Positions 28,475-37,981 of a DNA stretch of 64,000 nt are shown here, in pieces. The stretch is from Patescibacteria group bacterium (GTDB lineage Bacteria; Patescibacteriota; Patescibacteriia; Buchananbacterales; UBA6539): the NCBI GenBank assembly GCA_041662625.1, contig JBAZSB010000002.1:85497-149496 (forward strand). The letters are read 5' to 3'. Within the stretch, counting starts at the first letter, position 1. The number at the start of each line of letters is the position of its first letter. The notes under the pieces are model-generated. The model did not search any database and was not told the DNA's origin. It saw only the letters and a list, made by a program, of their open reading frames with translations. The translations under genes and the position numbers were made by a program.

Positions 28475-30847
28475 ATGACTACATTTAGCCAAAAAATTCA
28501 ATCAAATTTAAGCAAAAAAGTGGTTATGACCCAACTAATTATTATGACGGTCTTAGCCAGTCTTTTGATTCCTACTGGCATACTTTCAGCCGCTAGTCCT
28601 TTGACGATTTCTAATATTAAAATCGTCAATAAGACGGATAAAACCGCCACGATTAGTTGGCAAACTAACCGGCCGGCTTATGCTAAAATCCAGTATGGTC
28701 TCTTTTCCAATGACTATAATTGGACTTTGCAAACCAACCAAAAAACTAGCGAACAAACTATGACCATTTCCGGTCTTTTGTCGGACACGGACTATTTTTT
28801 CCGAATCACGGCTGATGATGATACCAGCGAAGTTATTTCCTTTGAACAAAATTTCACAACCAATAAAGCGGGTGATAGTAAAAGCCCAACCATTTCTGAC
28901 GTCGCCGTTGCCTATACCACTGGCGGGACAGCTACTATCCAATGGCTGACTGATGAAAATGCCACTAGTGAAGTAGTTTATGGTATGACTACCAGCTACG
29001 GCAAAACTAAAACTGATGGCAAATTGGTTAGAGTTCATGATCTAACTTTAACCGGTCTGACTGATGGCACTTACTATCATTTTCAGGTCCGGTCAAAAGA
29101 TGGAGATAGCAACATTTCAAAATGGTATGATATGACTTTTTGGACTAAAGTCACTAATGTCAGTGATAATGATGCATTAATTATTTATGATATTAAACCT
29201 ACCGGTGAAAATGATTCTGGTGTCACTCAGACGACAGCGGTAATTTCCTGGCGGACTAATAAACTCGCGTCAGGCACTGTGCGTTATGGCACCAGTTCTT
29301 CTTTAGGCAAAACTGTCAGCACTAATCCGCCCCGCGACTTCAGCCAATCGGTTACTTTGGCTGACCTAAAAACTGGTACCCTTTATTATTATGAGATTGA
29401 AGTTAAAGACGTTTTGAATAAAAAAGTAAAAACTGAAGGTCATACTTTCGTAACTAAATCCGCCTCCAGCGATGTCGGCGGCTCTGACCAAGAAACACCG
29501 GATTATCCGGGCCAAGTTTTAGGCGCTTCAACCTGCGATGTTAATTTCAAAACTGACATTGGTTTCTATGGCCTTTACTACAACTTAACCTCAAGCCATC
29601 CAGACATGAACCTCTGGCGCGGCAAAGCAATTTCTAATTCCAAAGTTGCCAGAGAAAATGACTGGTATAATGACCAATATTTCAGTTTCAGCCGAGTTGA
29701 CCAAAGAATTGATTTTGGCTCTCGTTTTTTCCCCATTGACGAAGGTAAGCCTGGCGACCCCTATCACTTTGCTGTCAACTGGCGGTCAATCATCAAGGTA
29801 CCAACCGATGGTGATTACACTTATAAACTTACCTCCGATGATGATTCCTGGTTTTTTATCGATGATAAATTAGTTGCTGACTTAAACGGCGTTCATCCGG
29901 CCAAAACTGAAGAAAAATCAGTCCACTTAACCGCCGGCTACCATAAACTAGAAATATATTATGCTGAAAGAAGCAAAAGTGGCGCAGTCTTCACTTTTAA
30001 AGGCGACAGTCGTTTGAGTTTCTACCCTTTACCCGAAGGTTGCAGTATTCAGGATGTCTTAAACTACAATCAATCACTAGGTAGTGGTTCGGGCGGTGGG
30101 GTAGTCTTAGGCGCCACAACTGACGATGATTACCAACTCGGTTACCAGAAAGGTTATACTGACGGCAGAAACGATGGTGACGCTGACAGAAGTTATGATA
30201 ACAAACGTGGTAATACCGGTGATAACAGCGACAGCTACAATCAAGGTTACGAAGCCGGCTATGATGATGGCTACTACAAAAAAGCTTCAACCAATGTTCC
30301 GTCATACGTCTGTAACCCCAACTTAGGTTATACTAAATTCAAGGCTTTATATAAAACCTCCGACAGTCCTGACATTTGGGCAATCCTGGAAACTGGCCAA
30401 AAGCATTACATCACTAGTCCCCAGGCTTTTGCTAAATACCAATGCCAATGGAGCGAAGTCAAAATTGTGTCTCGCTCGGTTTTAAACAGTTATGCCATTG
30501 CCAATTTGGTCCGGACACCAACTAACCCAGTTATCTATCATTTATTTCAACGGCCTGACCATAAATGGCTGAAAATCAATATTCCTTCACCCACAGTTTT
30601 TGTCAGCTATGACAATAACTACTGGGGTAATGTTGCCCGGGTCGACCAGCTGGATATTGACGCCTATCCTAGTGCTAAATTGATCAAAACTGGCAACCAA
30701 TCCCAAGTTTATCTGATTGATGGCAATAAAAAACGCTTGATTAAATCAGCCGCTGTCTTTGAGGCCAATGACTTTGAATGGGCCGAAGTTGTCGCCCTAA
30801 ATCAAATCCACTTCGATTATTACGAAGACGGCCCGGTGCTGGAATAG
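28475..30847 (+). CDS. Secreted surface protein: 3 FN3-like domains, PA14 domain, C-terminal repeats
   Basis: Three ATISWxT...YG...GL...YYF units; SDDDSWFFIDD (PA14); two VLGA linkers; LYKT/LVRT/LIKT repeats. Confidence 0.85.
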   Translation: MTTFSQKIQSNLSKKVVMTQLIIMTVLASLLIPTGILSAASPLTISNIKIVNKTDKTATISWQTNRPAYAKIQYGLFSNDYNWTLQTNQKTSEQTMTISGLLSDTDYFFRITADDDTSEVISFEQNFTTNKAGDSKSPTISDVAVAYTTGGTATIQWLTDENATSEVVYGMTTSYGKTKTDGKLVRVHDLTLTGLTDGTYYHFQVRSKDGDSNISKWYDMTFWTKVTNVSDNDALIIYDIKPTGENDSGVTQTTAVISWRTNKLASGTVRYGTSSSLGKTVSTNPPRDFSQSVTLADLKTGTLYYYEIEVKDVLNKKVKTEGHTFVTKSASSDVGGSDQETPDYPGQVLGASTCDVNFKTDIGFYGLYYNLTSSHPDMNLWRGKAISNSKVARENDWYNDQYFSFSRVDQRIDFGSRFFPIDEGKPGDPYHFAVNWRSIIKVPTDGDYTYKLTSDDDSWFFIDDKLVADLNGVHPAKTEEKSVHLTAGYHKLEIYYAERSKSGAVFTFKGDSRLSFYPLPEGCSIQDVLNYNQSLGSGSGGGVVLGATTDDDYQLGYQKGYTDGRNDGDADRSYDNKRGNTGDNSDSYNQGYEAGYDDGYYKKASTNVPSYVCNPNLGYTKFKALYKTSDSPDIWAILETGQKHYITSPQAFAKYQCQWSEVKIVSRSVLNSYAIANLVRTPTNPVIYHLFQRPDHKWLKINIPSPTVFVSYDNNYWGNVARVDQLDIDAYPSAKLIKTGNQSQVYLIDGNKKRLIKSAAVFEANDFEWAEVVALNQIHFDYYEDGPVLE

Positions 30848-30945
30848 ATTGACTAAACGACTAGATTAGATTATTATATAATTTGTTAGAATAAAGCTAA
30901 AACTGCCACTTGGCAGTTTTAGCTTAGAAAATTTGATGCCATGAT

Positions 30946-31031
30946 GGCGCCTTCGTCTAGTGGTTAGTGCCGATGTAAAATCGGCATCCCGATTCGCCGC
31001 ATCGGCGGCGACATCGGGAGACACCAGGTTT
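30946..31031 (+). pseudogene. Truncated 5' half of tRNA-Glu with a 52-nt double-palindrome insertion
   Basis: ggcgccttcgtctagtggttag (30946-30967) + insert (30968-31019) + gacaccaggttt (31020-31031); flanks identical to 31301-31334. Confidence 0.85.
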
Positions 31032-31037
31032 CTATCT

Positions 31038-31292
31038 ATGTCTCACTTTTACATTCTAAAAACAAATAAACAGAGCTATTATATAGGCAGTACAGATAAT
31101 TTAGAAACTAGATTAAAATATCATCAAGGCGGTAGGGTAAAAAGCACTAAAGATAAATTGCCAATTGAACTAGTTTTTAAAGAATATTACAAAACAAGGG
31201 CCGAAGCGCAAAAAAAAGAATACAAGGTTAAGGGTTGGAAAAGTAAAAAAATGATTGAAAGATTAATTAAACTTGGCCCGCATCAAAAATAA
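31038..31292 (+). CDS. Stand-alone GIY-YIG nuclease (84 aa)
   Basis: HFYIL...YYIGSTDNLETRLKYHQ.G.VKSTK...ELVFKE...EAQKKEYKVKGWKS; start at ATG 31038. Confidence 0.9.
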   Translation: MSHFYILKTNKQSYYIGSTDNLETRLKYHQGGRVKSTKDKLPIELVFKEYYKTRAEAQKKEYKVKGWKSKKMIERLIKLGPHQK

Positions 31293-31300
31293 AATAATAT

Positions 31301-31375
31301 GGCGCCTTCGTCTAGTGGTTAGGACACCAGGTTTTCATCCTGGTAACAGGGGTCCGATTCCCCTAGGCGCTACCA
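31301..31375 (+). tRNA. tRNA-Glu(TTC)
   Basis: GGCGCCT/AGGCGCT acceptor; CCAGG-TTTTCAT-CCTGG anticodon arm; CCA encoded; T-loop TCCGATT. Confidence 0.93.
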
Positions 31376-31439
31376 AAAAAGATTTCCGGACAAAGAAGTC
31401 TTTTTTGTTTAATCGGGTTTTGTAATATAATAAAGTTAT

Positions 31440-32183
31440 ATGAAAAAAATTTATCTGATTATAATCATTTTGCTTATTGCTCTGGGGGTATACCTAAACC
31501 GTTCATATGCTTATATTTATAATGAAATCGGCAGCGCTGATTTGCGTTCGCCCGACAGCCAGCGCACTTATATGATTACTAACACCAACAAAAACCAGGC
31601 TGAACCAATAGTATACGCGGCATTGGGTGACAGCTTGACTGCCGGCGTAGGCACGGACAACTACCAGCAGGCTTACCCGTATTTAGTTGCCACAAAATTG
31701 GCCGAAAGGGGACCGGCAGTGACTTTGAAAGACTTGGCAGTTTCCGGCGCCAATACCAGCGATGTCATCAAAGGCCAGCTAGCCGAAGCTATTGCGAGCA
31801 AGCCAAACATCATTACTTTGCTAATTGGCGTCAATGACATCCACAATAATGTCGGCAAAGCCACTTTTCAAAAAAATTATGAGGAAATCCTGACGCAGCT
31901 GGCCAAAAACACCAGCGCCAAAATTTATGCTATCAGCATTCCTTACATCGGTACCCACAAGCTTTTTCTGTCGCCTTATCAATTATATTTCAACTTCAAA
32001 ACCAAAAAATTCAACGGGGTGATTAAAGAGGTTGCCGCCGCTTATAAAGTCCAATATATAGATATCTATACTCCCACGGTGAACATATTTAAAAAATCAG
32101 GGCCGCACTATTCAGCTGATTTGTTTCATCCTTCAGCTGCCGGCTACAAATTATGGGCGGACATAATCTCCAAATCGCTGTAA
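31440..32183 (+). CDS. SGNH/GDSL hydrolase
   Basis: LGDSLTAG, IGVND, DLFHPS; N-terminal anchor. Confidence 0.92.
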   Translation: MKKIYLIIIILLIALGVYLNRSYAYIYNEIGSADLRSPDSQRTYMITNTNKNQAEPIVYAALGDSLTAGVGTDNYQQAYPYLVATKLAERGPAVTLKDLAVSGANTSDVIKGQLAEAIASKPNIITLLIGVNDIHNNVGKATFQKNYEEILTQLAKNTSAKIYAISIPYIGTHKLFLSPYQLYFNFKTKKFNGVIKEVAAAYKVQYIDIYTPTVNIFKKSGPHYSADLFHPSAAGYKLWADIISKSL

Positions 32184-32212
32184 AGACGTGGCTGTGCTTT
32201 CAGCGCTGTTCT

Positions 32213-32366
32213 TCCCCCTCACCCACGCCTTGTCATTGCGAGACCCGCGCTTCACTAAGCTAAGGGCGGGTCGAAGCAATCTCTTTGGCTGTGAGATTGC
32301 TTCGTCGCCTTGCCATCATCGCGACACTCCTCGCAATGACAATAGAAAAACGGAGGGAGAGGGGGA
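32213..32366. repeat. Nested palindromic elements (GTCATTGCGAG family inside a CCCCTC/GAGGGG element)
   Basis: ttgtcattgcgag(32230)...gaagcaatctc...gagattgcttc...ctcgcaatgacaa(32342), lying within tccccctcaccc...ggagggagaggggga. Confidence 0.75.
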
Positions 32367-32432
32367 GCTAAAAATAAGCTTTTGGCAAAACTTAAGATAA
32401 AAGGGAAGTTAAGCAAGACGCTATACTTAAGT

Positions 32433-32474
32433 TTCCCCTCCCCCCTTGTGGGGGAGGGTTAGGGAGAGGGGGAA
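32433..32474. repeat. REP-like CCCCTC...GAGGGG element
   Basis: ttcccctccccccttgtgggggagggttagggagagggggaa. Confidence 0.65.
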
Positions 32475-32490
32475 GCAAAGAAAACACTCT

Positions 32491-33639
32491 ATGACCCTAT
32501 CAATCACTGACGCAATTCTATCCACCCAGATATTTACCGTAATTTTTTTACTGTTTGTCTTGGCGTCGGTCAAAGCCAGAAAAGACAACCAAATATTTCC
32601 CTTGGCCACAACCCACGAACTCAAAGGCCTGGCGATTTTAATGGTGGTGTTTTCCCACATCGGCTATTTTTTGACAAGCGACCACCAATTTCTGTTTCCG
32701 CTTTCCATTGCCGCGGGCGTGGGCGTCAATTTATTTTTGTTTTTGTCCGGCTACGGCCTGGCTGTCTCTAACCAGCACAAGCCGCAGACCATCGGCCAAT
32801 TCTACGGCCGCCGCTTAATTCGGCTGCTTCTACCCGTCTGGATTGTTTTGACGATCTTTTTTTTGCTGGATTATTTTATTCTGCATCTTGCCTACGGCAG
32901 CCAATATATTGCCCAGTCGTTCCTTGGCTATTTTCCCACCGCCGACCTATACCACGACATTGATTCGCCGCTTTGGTATTTTACCCTGATTTTATTTTAC
33001 TATCTTATTTTCCCGATATTTTACAGCCGCCGGCGGCCCTGGCTTAGCGCGGCAATAATTTATTTGCTGTCTTATTTTATAATTTTGTGGCAGCCGCCGG
33101 CTTTGCAAAATGTCTTAGGCTTATACAAAGTCCATTTTGCCGCTTTCCCTTTGGGCATCGCCTTTGCCTGGCTGCTGTCTAAGCCGGATTGGTTTAAACT
33201 TAGCTGGCTGAAAAAAATGCTGTGGCGTTTTAAAAAGCCATCGCTGGACAAACTGATTGTAAAATCTTTCGGCTATGCCGGCTATTACGCTTTATTTGCC
33301 GTGCTGCTTGCCGTGACCGCTTACACCGCTTACTATTCCAACATCGGCGGCGGCATGTTTAAAGAACAGCTAACCAGCTTAATTACCATGTCAGCGATCG
33401 TACTGCTATTTTTAATCAAGAAATTTGAGTTTAAACTGTTCGCCCTTTTCGGCACATTCTCCTATGAAATTTATCTGCTCCACTGGCCGGCCATGTCCCG
33501 CTACAATATTTTTTTCACCCTTCTGCCGTCCTGGCTGGCAGTCACATTATACCTAGCAATCTTTCTAGCCCTCGGCTGGCTTTTGCACCGCCTGACAGGC
33601 TGGGCGTTGCGTAAAGTGATGCCAAAGGCTCGGGCTTGA
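32491..33639 (+). CDS. Acyltransferase family 3 (OafA-like)
   Basis: LKGLAILMVVFSH, GVNLFLFLSGYGL, FYGRRLIRL, LWY, SYEIYLLH. Confidence 0.88.
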   Translation: MTLSITDAILSTQIFTVIFLLFVLASVKARKDNQIFPLATTHELKGLAILMVVFSHIGYFLTSDHQFLFPLSIAAGVGVNLFLFLSGYGLAVSNQHKPQTIGQFYGRRLIRLLLPVWIVLTIFFLLDYFILHLAYGSQYIAQSFLGYFPTADLYHDIDSPLWYFTLILFYYLIFPIFYSRRRPWLSAAIIYLLSYFIILWQPPALQNVLGLYKVHFAAFPLGIAFAWLLSKPDWFKLSWLKKMLWRFKKPSLDKLIVKSFGYAGYYALFAVLLAVTAYTAYYSNIGGGMFKEQLTSLITMSAIVLLFLIKKFEFKLFALFGTFSYEIYLLHWPAMSRYNIFFTLLPSWLAVTLYLAIFLALGWLLHRLTGWALRKVMPKARA

Positions 33640-33894
33640 TTAAAAATAACTTAATCAGAACTATCAAAAAACCGCTAGCATTTCTTGATCTACCGGCTTA
33701 AAGGCAGAGGAATTGACAAAAATAGTTATTCATGCTATCATGTCTTTAAGGTCAATTAACCGCACTACCAAACCTCCTGCGTTTAGGGGGTTTAAAATTT
33801 GCTGGTTTATTGGCTGAATATAGTAAGCGTAGAAATGAAGTCGAATTTCTAGCTTGGACTATATAGTCTAATTCACTTTTTTTCTACATCTATT

Positions 33895-34092
33895 ATGCAA
33901 GGAACAATCAAAAAACTGACTGACAAAAACTTCGGTTTTATCAGCCAAGACGGCGAACAGAAAGATTTATTCTTTCACGCCAATGAAGTGGTTGGGACTG
34001 ATTTCAGTTCACTCAGAGAAGGCGATACCGTGACTTTCGAAGTCAAAGATACGCCAAAAGGCCCGGCCGCGACTCAAGTTCAGAAGGCCTAA
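33895..34092 (+). CDS. Cold-shock protein
   Basis: KNFGFI, DLFFHA, KGPAATQV; long 5' UTR. Confidence 0.93.
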   Translation: MQGTIKKLTDKNFGFISQDGEQKDLFFHANEVVGTDFSSLREGDTVTFEVKDTPKGPAATQVQKA

Positions 34093-34114
34093 ATTCTCTT
34101 CTAAATAACAGTCA

Positions 34115-34167
34115 CAAAAAATCGCCCCGAGTTCATCGAGGGGCGATTTTTTGCTATACTGATGCTA
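34115..34167 (+). repeat. 53-bp terminator + extended -10 module, copy 1
   Basis: 49/53 identical to 42352-42404. Confidence 0.8.
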
Positions 34168-35309
34168 TGGATATTAAAACTGTCAAAACCATAAATGACT
34201 TGGAGAGAATAACTGGACAGAAGGTTAAAGAAAATGACCGAAAAAAAATCCAAGAAGTCTTGGAAAGATATCCAGCTAAGTTCACTAGTCACCTAGCCAA
34301 GTTGATGAAAAAATCTAAAGAGGTAGCACAACAATTTCTGCCTAACATTTTAGAATTGGAAAAATGTGGAACTTTGGCACCCTACGAAGAAGGTTTACAT
34401 GCTGCTGATATTTATGGTTTAGAAAGATTATATACTGACAGAGTAGTTATAACCATAAATTTTAATTGTCCTTCTTATTGTCGATTTTGTTTTAGAAAAA
34501 GTCGGGTGTTGAAGAATAAACCAACAATGTCATATCAAGATATCGATAAAGCAGTAAATTTCATAGATAAACAAAAAGATATTAAAGGGGTTCTAATTAC
34601 CGGCGGTGACCCTTTGGTTCAGCCTGATAAACTCATTTATCTAATCGAAAAATTAGAAAAGATTGATCATCTGATACTTGTTAGAATCGGAACGAGAAGT
34701 TTTCTATACCAACCTGAAAAATTGACTGCTGATCTTGCCAAAAAATTAGCTAGGTTTGTAAAATTCAACTGCCAAAATCCAGCAAAAAGTAAAACTTTAT
34801 CTATTGTTACTCATTTTAACCATCCTGATGAGATTACAGTTGAATCAGTCAGGGCATTTAAAAAATTTACTAGCCAAGGCATTATTTTTCGCAATCAAAC
34901 TGTTCTTTTAAAAGATATAAATGATGATCGGGAAACTTTAAGAAAGTTATTTGAAACTTTAGTCGCCAACAATTTAGTACCTTACTATTTATTTCATTGC
35001 ATGCCTTTGGAAGGTATAAAATATCTTCGACCGCCTGTCCAAAAAGGAATTGACCTTCTAAAAGACCTCTCTAAATTATCCGGTTTAATCAGCCCTCATT
35101 ATGCTGTGGTCACGCCGATCGGAAAAATCAGATTAATTCATAGCAGTAAATTGAAATGTAAAACTAAACATCAGCAGAGATTTGTTATTCTAAAAAGTCC
35201 CTATAAAGTCAAGGAATTTTTACATAATACTAATCAAAAAAAATTGCCAAAGAATTGTTACGCCGACAAAGATGATTTTATTATGGTTGATTATTTAGAT
35301 GGAGAATAA
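34167..35309 (+). CDS. KamA-family radical SAM protein (lysine 2,3-aminomutase-like)
   Basis: CPSYCRFCFRK, LITGGDPL, RIGTR, THFNHPDEIT, NQTVLLKDIND, PYYLFHC. Confidence 0.88.
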   Translation: MDIKTVKTINDLERITGQKVKENDRKKIQEVLERYPAKFTSHLAKLMKKSKEVAQQFLPNILELEKCGTLAPYEEGLHAADIYGLERLYTDRVVITINFNCPSYCRFCFRKSRVLKNKPTMSYQDIDKAVNFIDKQKDIKGVLITGGDPLVQPDKLIYLIEKLEKIDHLILVRIGTRSFLYQPEKLTADLAKKLARFVKFNCQNPAKSKTLSIVTHFNHPDEITVESVRAFKKFTSQGIIFRNQTVLLKDINDDRETLRKLFETLVANNLVPYYLFHCMPLEGIKYLRPPVQKGIDLLKDLSKLSGLISPHYAVVTPIGKIRLIHSSKLKCKTKHQQRFVILKSPYKVKEFLHNTNQKKLPKNCYADKDDFIMVDYLDGE

Positions 35310-35389
35310 TGAATCTAGAAAACTTGGAAACAATTCTAGCCAGCGAGCCTAAATACCGGATTAAAAAAATTGACCAGACAATTTTTTGA
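35309..35389 (+). pseudogene. Stranded copy of the first 26 codons of rlmN
   Basis: MNLENLETILASEPKYRIKKIDQTIF* versus rlmN MNLENLETILASEPKYRIKQIDQAIF. Confidence 0.9.
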
Positions 35390-35402
35390 TATAGTTAATG
35401 AT

Positions 35403-36350
35403 ATGCAGTTTATAGACAACTTAAGCCTGAAAAATTTAAAAACAATAATAATTGCTGACTACCCAAGCCTAAAGATCAAATCCACTAAAATCATAAATAA
35501 CGGCTGGGATTTTTTGGCTTTGGAAATAAATAATAAGTACATCTTTCGTTTTCCTCGCCAGCAAACAAGCGAATTAATCGACTACAAAAACAACATTGAA
35601 CGGATGAGGGCAGAAATTCGGGTCTTGAATGGATTAAAAAATAAAATCAGCCTACAAATTCCAAAAGTAAAATATGTCGGCAAAAAATTTGCTTATTTCG
35701 GCTACCAGAAAATCAACGGACAAAAGCTTAGTATGTCTATTATAAAAAAGTTAAATGATAGACAATATAATCAACTGGTGGCTGATGTGGCCAAATTTTT
35801 AAAAGAAATCCACAAGGCTTTAAGTTTGAAGCAGGCCAAAAAGCTTGGCGTCTTATACGAGAATTACGATTCTTACCACCAATTGATAACATCAAAAATC
35901 ATAAGGCCGAAAAAAATAACTGATCAAAAAATTTACAATTTTATTGTTGATACCGTTAAAGAATACAAAAAAATGATACCAAAAAAACAACTAAACGTTT
36001 TTTTATATAATGATTTACATGGTGACAATATGGCTTTTGACAAGAGCCGAGGTAGGCTTAACGGGATTTTCGATTTTAGCGACGTTATGATCGGCGATAT
36101 CCATCTTGATTTCATTTACCACTTTGACATAAATTTTATGCAAGACCTAATCAACAAATATCAGCAAATTACCAATATAAAAAACCTTAATAAACGGCGG
36201 GCCATAATTTACACCAGAATCAACGAAATTTCAGACCTGGCGGCGGTAATTAATCAGCCAAATTGCCAGGTTTACAAAAGGGTAATCAAAGATCTGAAAA
36301 AATGGCAAAAAGAAAAAAATATTTATTATGAAAAAATATTTGCGAGATAA
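35403..36350 (+). CDS. Aminoglycoside phosphotransferase (APH)-family kinase
   Basis: GWD, YIFRFPR, YNDLHGDN, GIFDFSD. Confidence 0.85.
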   Translation: MQFIDNLSLKNLKTIIIADYPSLKIKSTKIINNGWDFLALEINNKYIFRFPRQQTSELIDYKNNIERMRAEIRVLNGLKNKISLQIPKVKYVGKKFAYFGYQKINGQKLSMSIIKKLNDRQYNQLVADVAKFLKEIHKALSLKQAKKLGVLYENYDSYHQLITSKIIRPKKITDQKIYNFIVDTVKEYKKMIPKKQLNVFLYNDLHGDNMAFDKSRGRLNGIFDFSDVMIGDIHLDFIYHFDINFMQDLINKYQQITNIKNLNKRRAIIYTRINEISDLAAVINQPNCQVYKRVIKDLKKWQKEKNIYYEKIFAR

Positions 36351-36966
36351 TCAACAGGTTTATGACCAGCTGGCGGGTGAATACCAAGAACGATTGAAAA
36401 AATTTATTGTTCGGGATCTAAAAATTGCCTCACCATTTATTAACTACTTAAAACATTCCTTTACTAGAGCTAGGGTATTGGACCTTGGACCGGGGTCAGG
36501 CTTAAATTCCGCCTATTTTGTCCAGGCCGGTTTTAAAACTACTGCCATTGATATTTCTAGAAAAATGCTTGCCATCGCGAAAAAAACTTCGCCCCAGACT
36601 AAATTTATTCTGGCTGATTTTTTGCAATACGACTTTAAAAATTTAAAATTTGAAGGAGTTTTTGCCAAAGCCTTTATTCACCTGTTCCCAAAAAAAGATG
36701 CCGTTTTGGTGCTGGAAAAAATTAATAGGATACTAGTACCAAAAGGCGTGCTATTTGTCGCTACCACTTTTCATCAAAAATCAACCCAGGGTTATTTTAT
36801 TAAAAAAGACTACAACCAAAAGCTCAAAAGATTCCGCCGGCAGTGGGCCAAAAAAGATTTGGTACAAACTTTAAAAAATTCTGGTTTTATTATCAAAATG
36901 ATCAAAACTGGCTATGATGCTTCATTGGATAAAAAATGGATTAATATTTTGACCTACAAAAAGTAG
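36328..36966 (+). CDS. Class I SAM-dependent methyltransferase
   Basis: VLDLGPGSG, AIDIS, LVPKG. Confidence 0.85.
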   Translation: MKKYLRDNQQVYDQLAGEYQERLKKFIVRDLKIASPFINYLKHSFTRARVLDLGPGSGLNSAYFVQAGFKTTAIDISRKMLAIAKKTSPQTKFILADFLQYDFKNLKFEGVFAKAFIHLFPKKDAVLVLEKINRILVPKGVLFVATTFHQKSTQGYFIKKDYNQKLKRFRRQWAKKDLVQTLKNSGFIIKMIKTGYDASLDKKWINILTYKK

Positions 36967-36973
36967 AATTACT

Positions 36974-37978
36974 ATGAATCTAGAAAACTTGGAAACAATT
37001 TTAGCCAGCGAGCCTAAATACCGGATTAAGCAAATTGATCAGGCGATTTTTGTTAATTTAATTGATGACTGGTCAAAAATTTCTAATCTCCCTTTGGCGC
37101 TACGGGAAAAATTGGCGGTGGGGTGTGATTTAAAAATTTCCGGCCAAAATTTTATTGCTAAAGATGAAAATACTCAGAAAGCTTTAATTACTTTAAGTGA
37201 TGGCCTAAAGATTGAAACCGTATTACTAGGGCATCGTGATGGCCGCAGCACCATTTGCGTCTCCTCCCAAGTGGGCTGCCCGCTTGGCTGCCTTTTTTGT
37301 GCCACCGGCCAGATGGGTTTCAAACGCAATTTAAAGGCTTGGGAAATTATTGAACAAGTTTTATTTTTTGCCCGATTGCTAAAAAAAGAAAATAAAAAAA
37401 TAACTAATGTGGTTTTTATGGGCATGGGCGAACCATTCTTAAATTATGACGAGGTGCTAAAAGCAATCAGAATGATAAACAATCCGGCTTATTTTAACAT
37501 TGGCAGCCGAAAAATTTCTATTTCCACCTGTGGCATAATTGAAGGGATAAAAAAATTGGCCGGGGAAAATCTGCAGGTCAACTTAGCTATTTCGCTTCAT
37601 GCCCCAAATGACAAACTACGTTCCCAGCTGATGCCGATTAATAAAAACTACCCCCTGAAAGAATTGCTGCCAGTAATCGATGATTATGTCAAAAAAACTT
37701 CCCGCCAGGTGATGTTTGAATACTTAATGATTAAAGACGTGAATGATTCACTGGCTCAAGCCAAAGAATTAGCCGCCCTGCTTAAAAACAAACTTTATCT
37801 GGTCAACCTGATTACCTATAATCCGACGGGAAAATTTAAACCAACCAGCGGATCAGTAATTCAGGCTTTCAAAAAAGAATTGGAAAAAAATGGAGTCAAA
37901 GTGACCCAACGCTACAATTTTGGGCAAGACATTGCTGCGGCCTGCGGCCAGCTGGCAACTAAATTAGAGGATGACTAA
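36974..37978 (+). CDS. rlmN: 23S rRNA (A2503-C2) methyltransferase RlmN
   Basis: CVSSQVGCPLGCLFCATG, MGMGEP, SLHAP, AACGQL. Confidence 0.96.
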   Translation: MNLENLETILASEPKYRIKQIDQAIFVNLIDDWSKISNLPLALREKLAVGCDLKISGQNFIAKDENTQKALITLSDGLKIETVLLGHRDGRSTICVSSQVGCPLGCLFCATGQMGFKRNLKAWEIIEQVLFFARLLKKENKKITNVVFMGMGEPFLNYDEVLKAIRMINNPAYFNIGSRKISISTCGIIEGIKKLAGENLQVNLAISLHAPNDKLRSQLMPINKNYPLKELLPVIDDYVKKTSRQVMFEYLMIKDVNDSLAQAKELAALLKNKLYLVNLITYNPTGKFKPTSGSVIQAFKKELEKNGVKVTQRYNFGQDIAAACGQLATKLEDD

Positions 37979-37981
37979 AAT

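Noticed and set aside
30960-31037. N-terminal extension of the second GIY-YIG ORF
   Set aside because: It is translation through the tRNA remnant and palindromes; ATG 31038 gives the 84-aa domain.
30946-31375. Group I intron in tRNA-Glu or tRNA-Ala with a homing endonuclease
   Set aside because: Both tRNAs are complete downstream, and there is no room for, or sign of, a group I catalytic core around the 255-nt ORFs.
32188-32490. 70-aa ORF and the MWGRVRERG extension of the acyltransferase
   Set aside because: Both are translations of palindromic repeat DNA.
35403-36350. Bona fide aminoglycoside resistance gene
   Set aside because: APH-fold motifs are shared by many small-molecule kinases; the substrate cannot be inferred from sequence.
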